IMG/VR virus record: IMGVR_UViG_3300049892_000052
Coordinates: 1 to 54,279 of that record
Length of the DNA: 54,279 bases
Source: a virus
Taxonomy: Duplodnaviria; Caudoviricetes
Reading direction: 5' to 3' (one strand)
Part shown: positions 53,915 through 54,279 of the stretch, in pieces
Numbering within the stretch: the first letter of the stretch is position 1
How the letters are laid out: each line of letters begins with the position of its first letter
Position numbers and translations under genes: made by a program
The notes under the pieces: model-generated
Told to the model about the DNA's origin: nothing
Database searches by the model: none
Seen by the model: the letters and a program-made list of their open reading frames with translations, nothing else

Positions 53915-54279
53915 TTAGAAAGTCGCCATGATGCTGAAGCCGAGTCGGAAGGTCTTGGACGCGCCGGGGACAAACGTCACCAGTGGCGCCAGCCAAATGT
54001 CCTTCAACGGCTGTTTGGGGATACGTCCTAAATTCACGGAGACTGGTAGGACCCCAAACTCCTGTGTCTTGTTCGTCACAAAGAGGATCGGAGTCGCATA
54101 CGCCAAGACGCTATCCTCTGCGGCTCGCGTATAGCCCTGCGTCAGCCAGCGGACCCCAAAGACGGCGCCCGAAGTCGTCACGGTCGTCGGCGTCGTTGAT
54201 CCCGTTGCGGGCGGCCCGTCCGGGCCGCGGGTCACGGCAGCACCCGCTTGGACGTTGAATCCAACGAATAGGTGCTTCT
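53915..54279 (-). CDS. 5'-truncated protein with alternating beta pattern and terminal Phe
   Basis: Frame open to the window edge (..KHLFVGFNVQAGAAVTRG..); ends FRLGFSIMATF. Confidence 0.6.
   Translation of the reverse strand, partial: KHLFVGFNVQAGAAVTRGPDGPPATGSTTPTTVTTSGAVFGVRWLTQGYTRAAEDSVLAYATPILFVTNKTQEFGVLPVSVNLGRIPKQPLKDIWLAPLVTFVPGASKTFRLGFSIMATF

Overview
A 54 kb GC-rich fragment of a large T4-like (myovirus-type) phage genome. Left part (1-31.9 kb, minus strand): accessory virion and fibre genes, then the baseplate module (DUF4815/VrlC-like, gp8, gp7, gp6, gp25, a gp5 split over overlapping ORFs with an adjoining M15 peptidase gene, gp27-like, gp53, gp48). Middle (31.9-36.8 kb, plus strand): gp4, gp2, gp54-like, gp26/gp51 and a tape-measure-like lysozyme fusion. 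Right part (minus strand): gp32, ParB-like, gp59, gp33, exonuclease, GT4 glycosyltransferase, B12 radical SAM enzyme, three HNH endonucleases, a GGQ release-factor-like protein and 22 tRNAs. Highlights: (1) five structural genes, including core gp7, carry (SxSxSP)n serine stalks like those of serine-rich repeat glycoproteins. Between the stalks lie what look like split domains and four copies of an orphan beta-strand, suggesting a branched virion appendage assembled by fold complementation in trans (inference). (2) A circularly permuted two-piece tmRNA gene with its own sigma70 promoter. (3) A -1 slippery site joining gp26 to gp51. (4) Widespread leaderless-type promoter geometry. (5) Atypical tRNAs and unclassified structured RNAs in the tRNA array. 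All family assignments are by eye from motifs and synteny; no database search was run.
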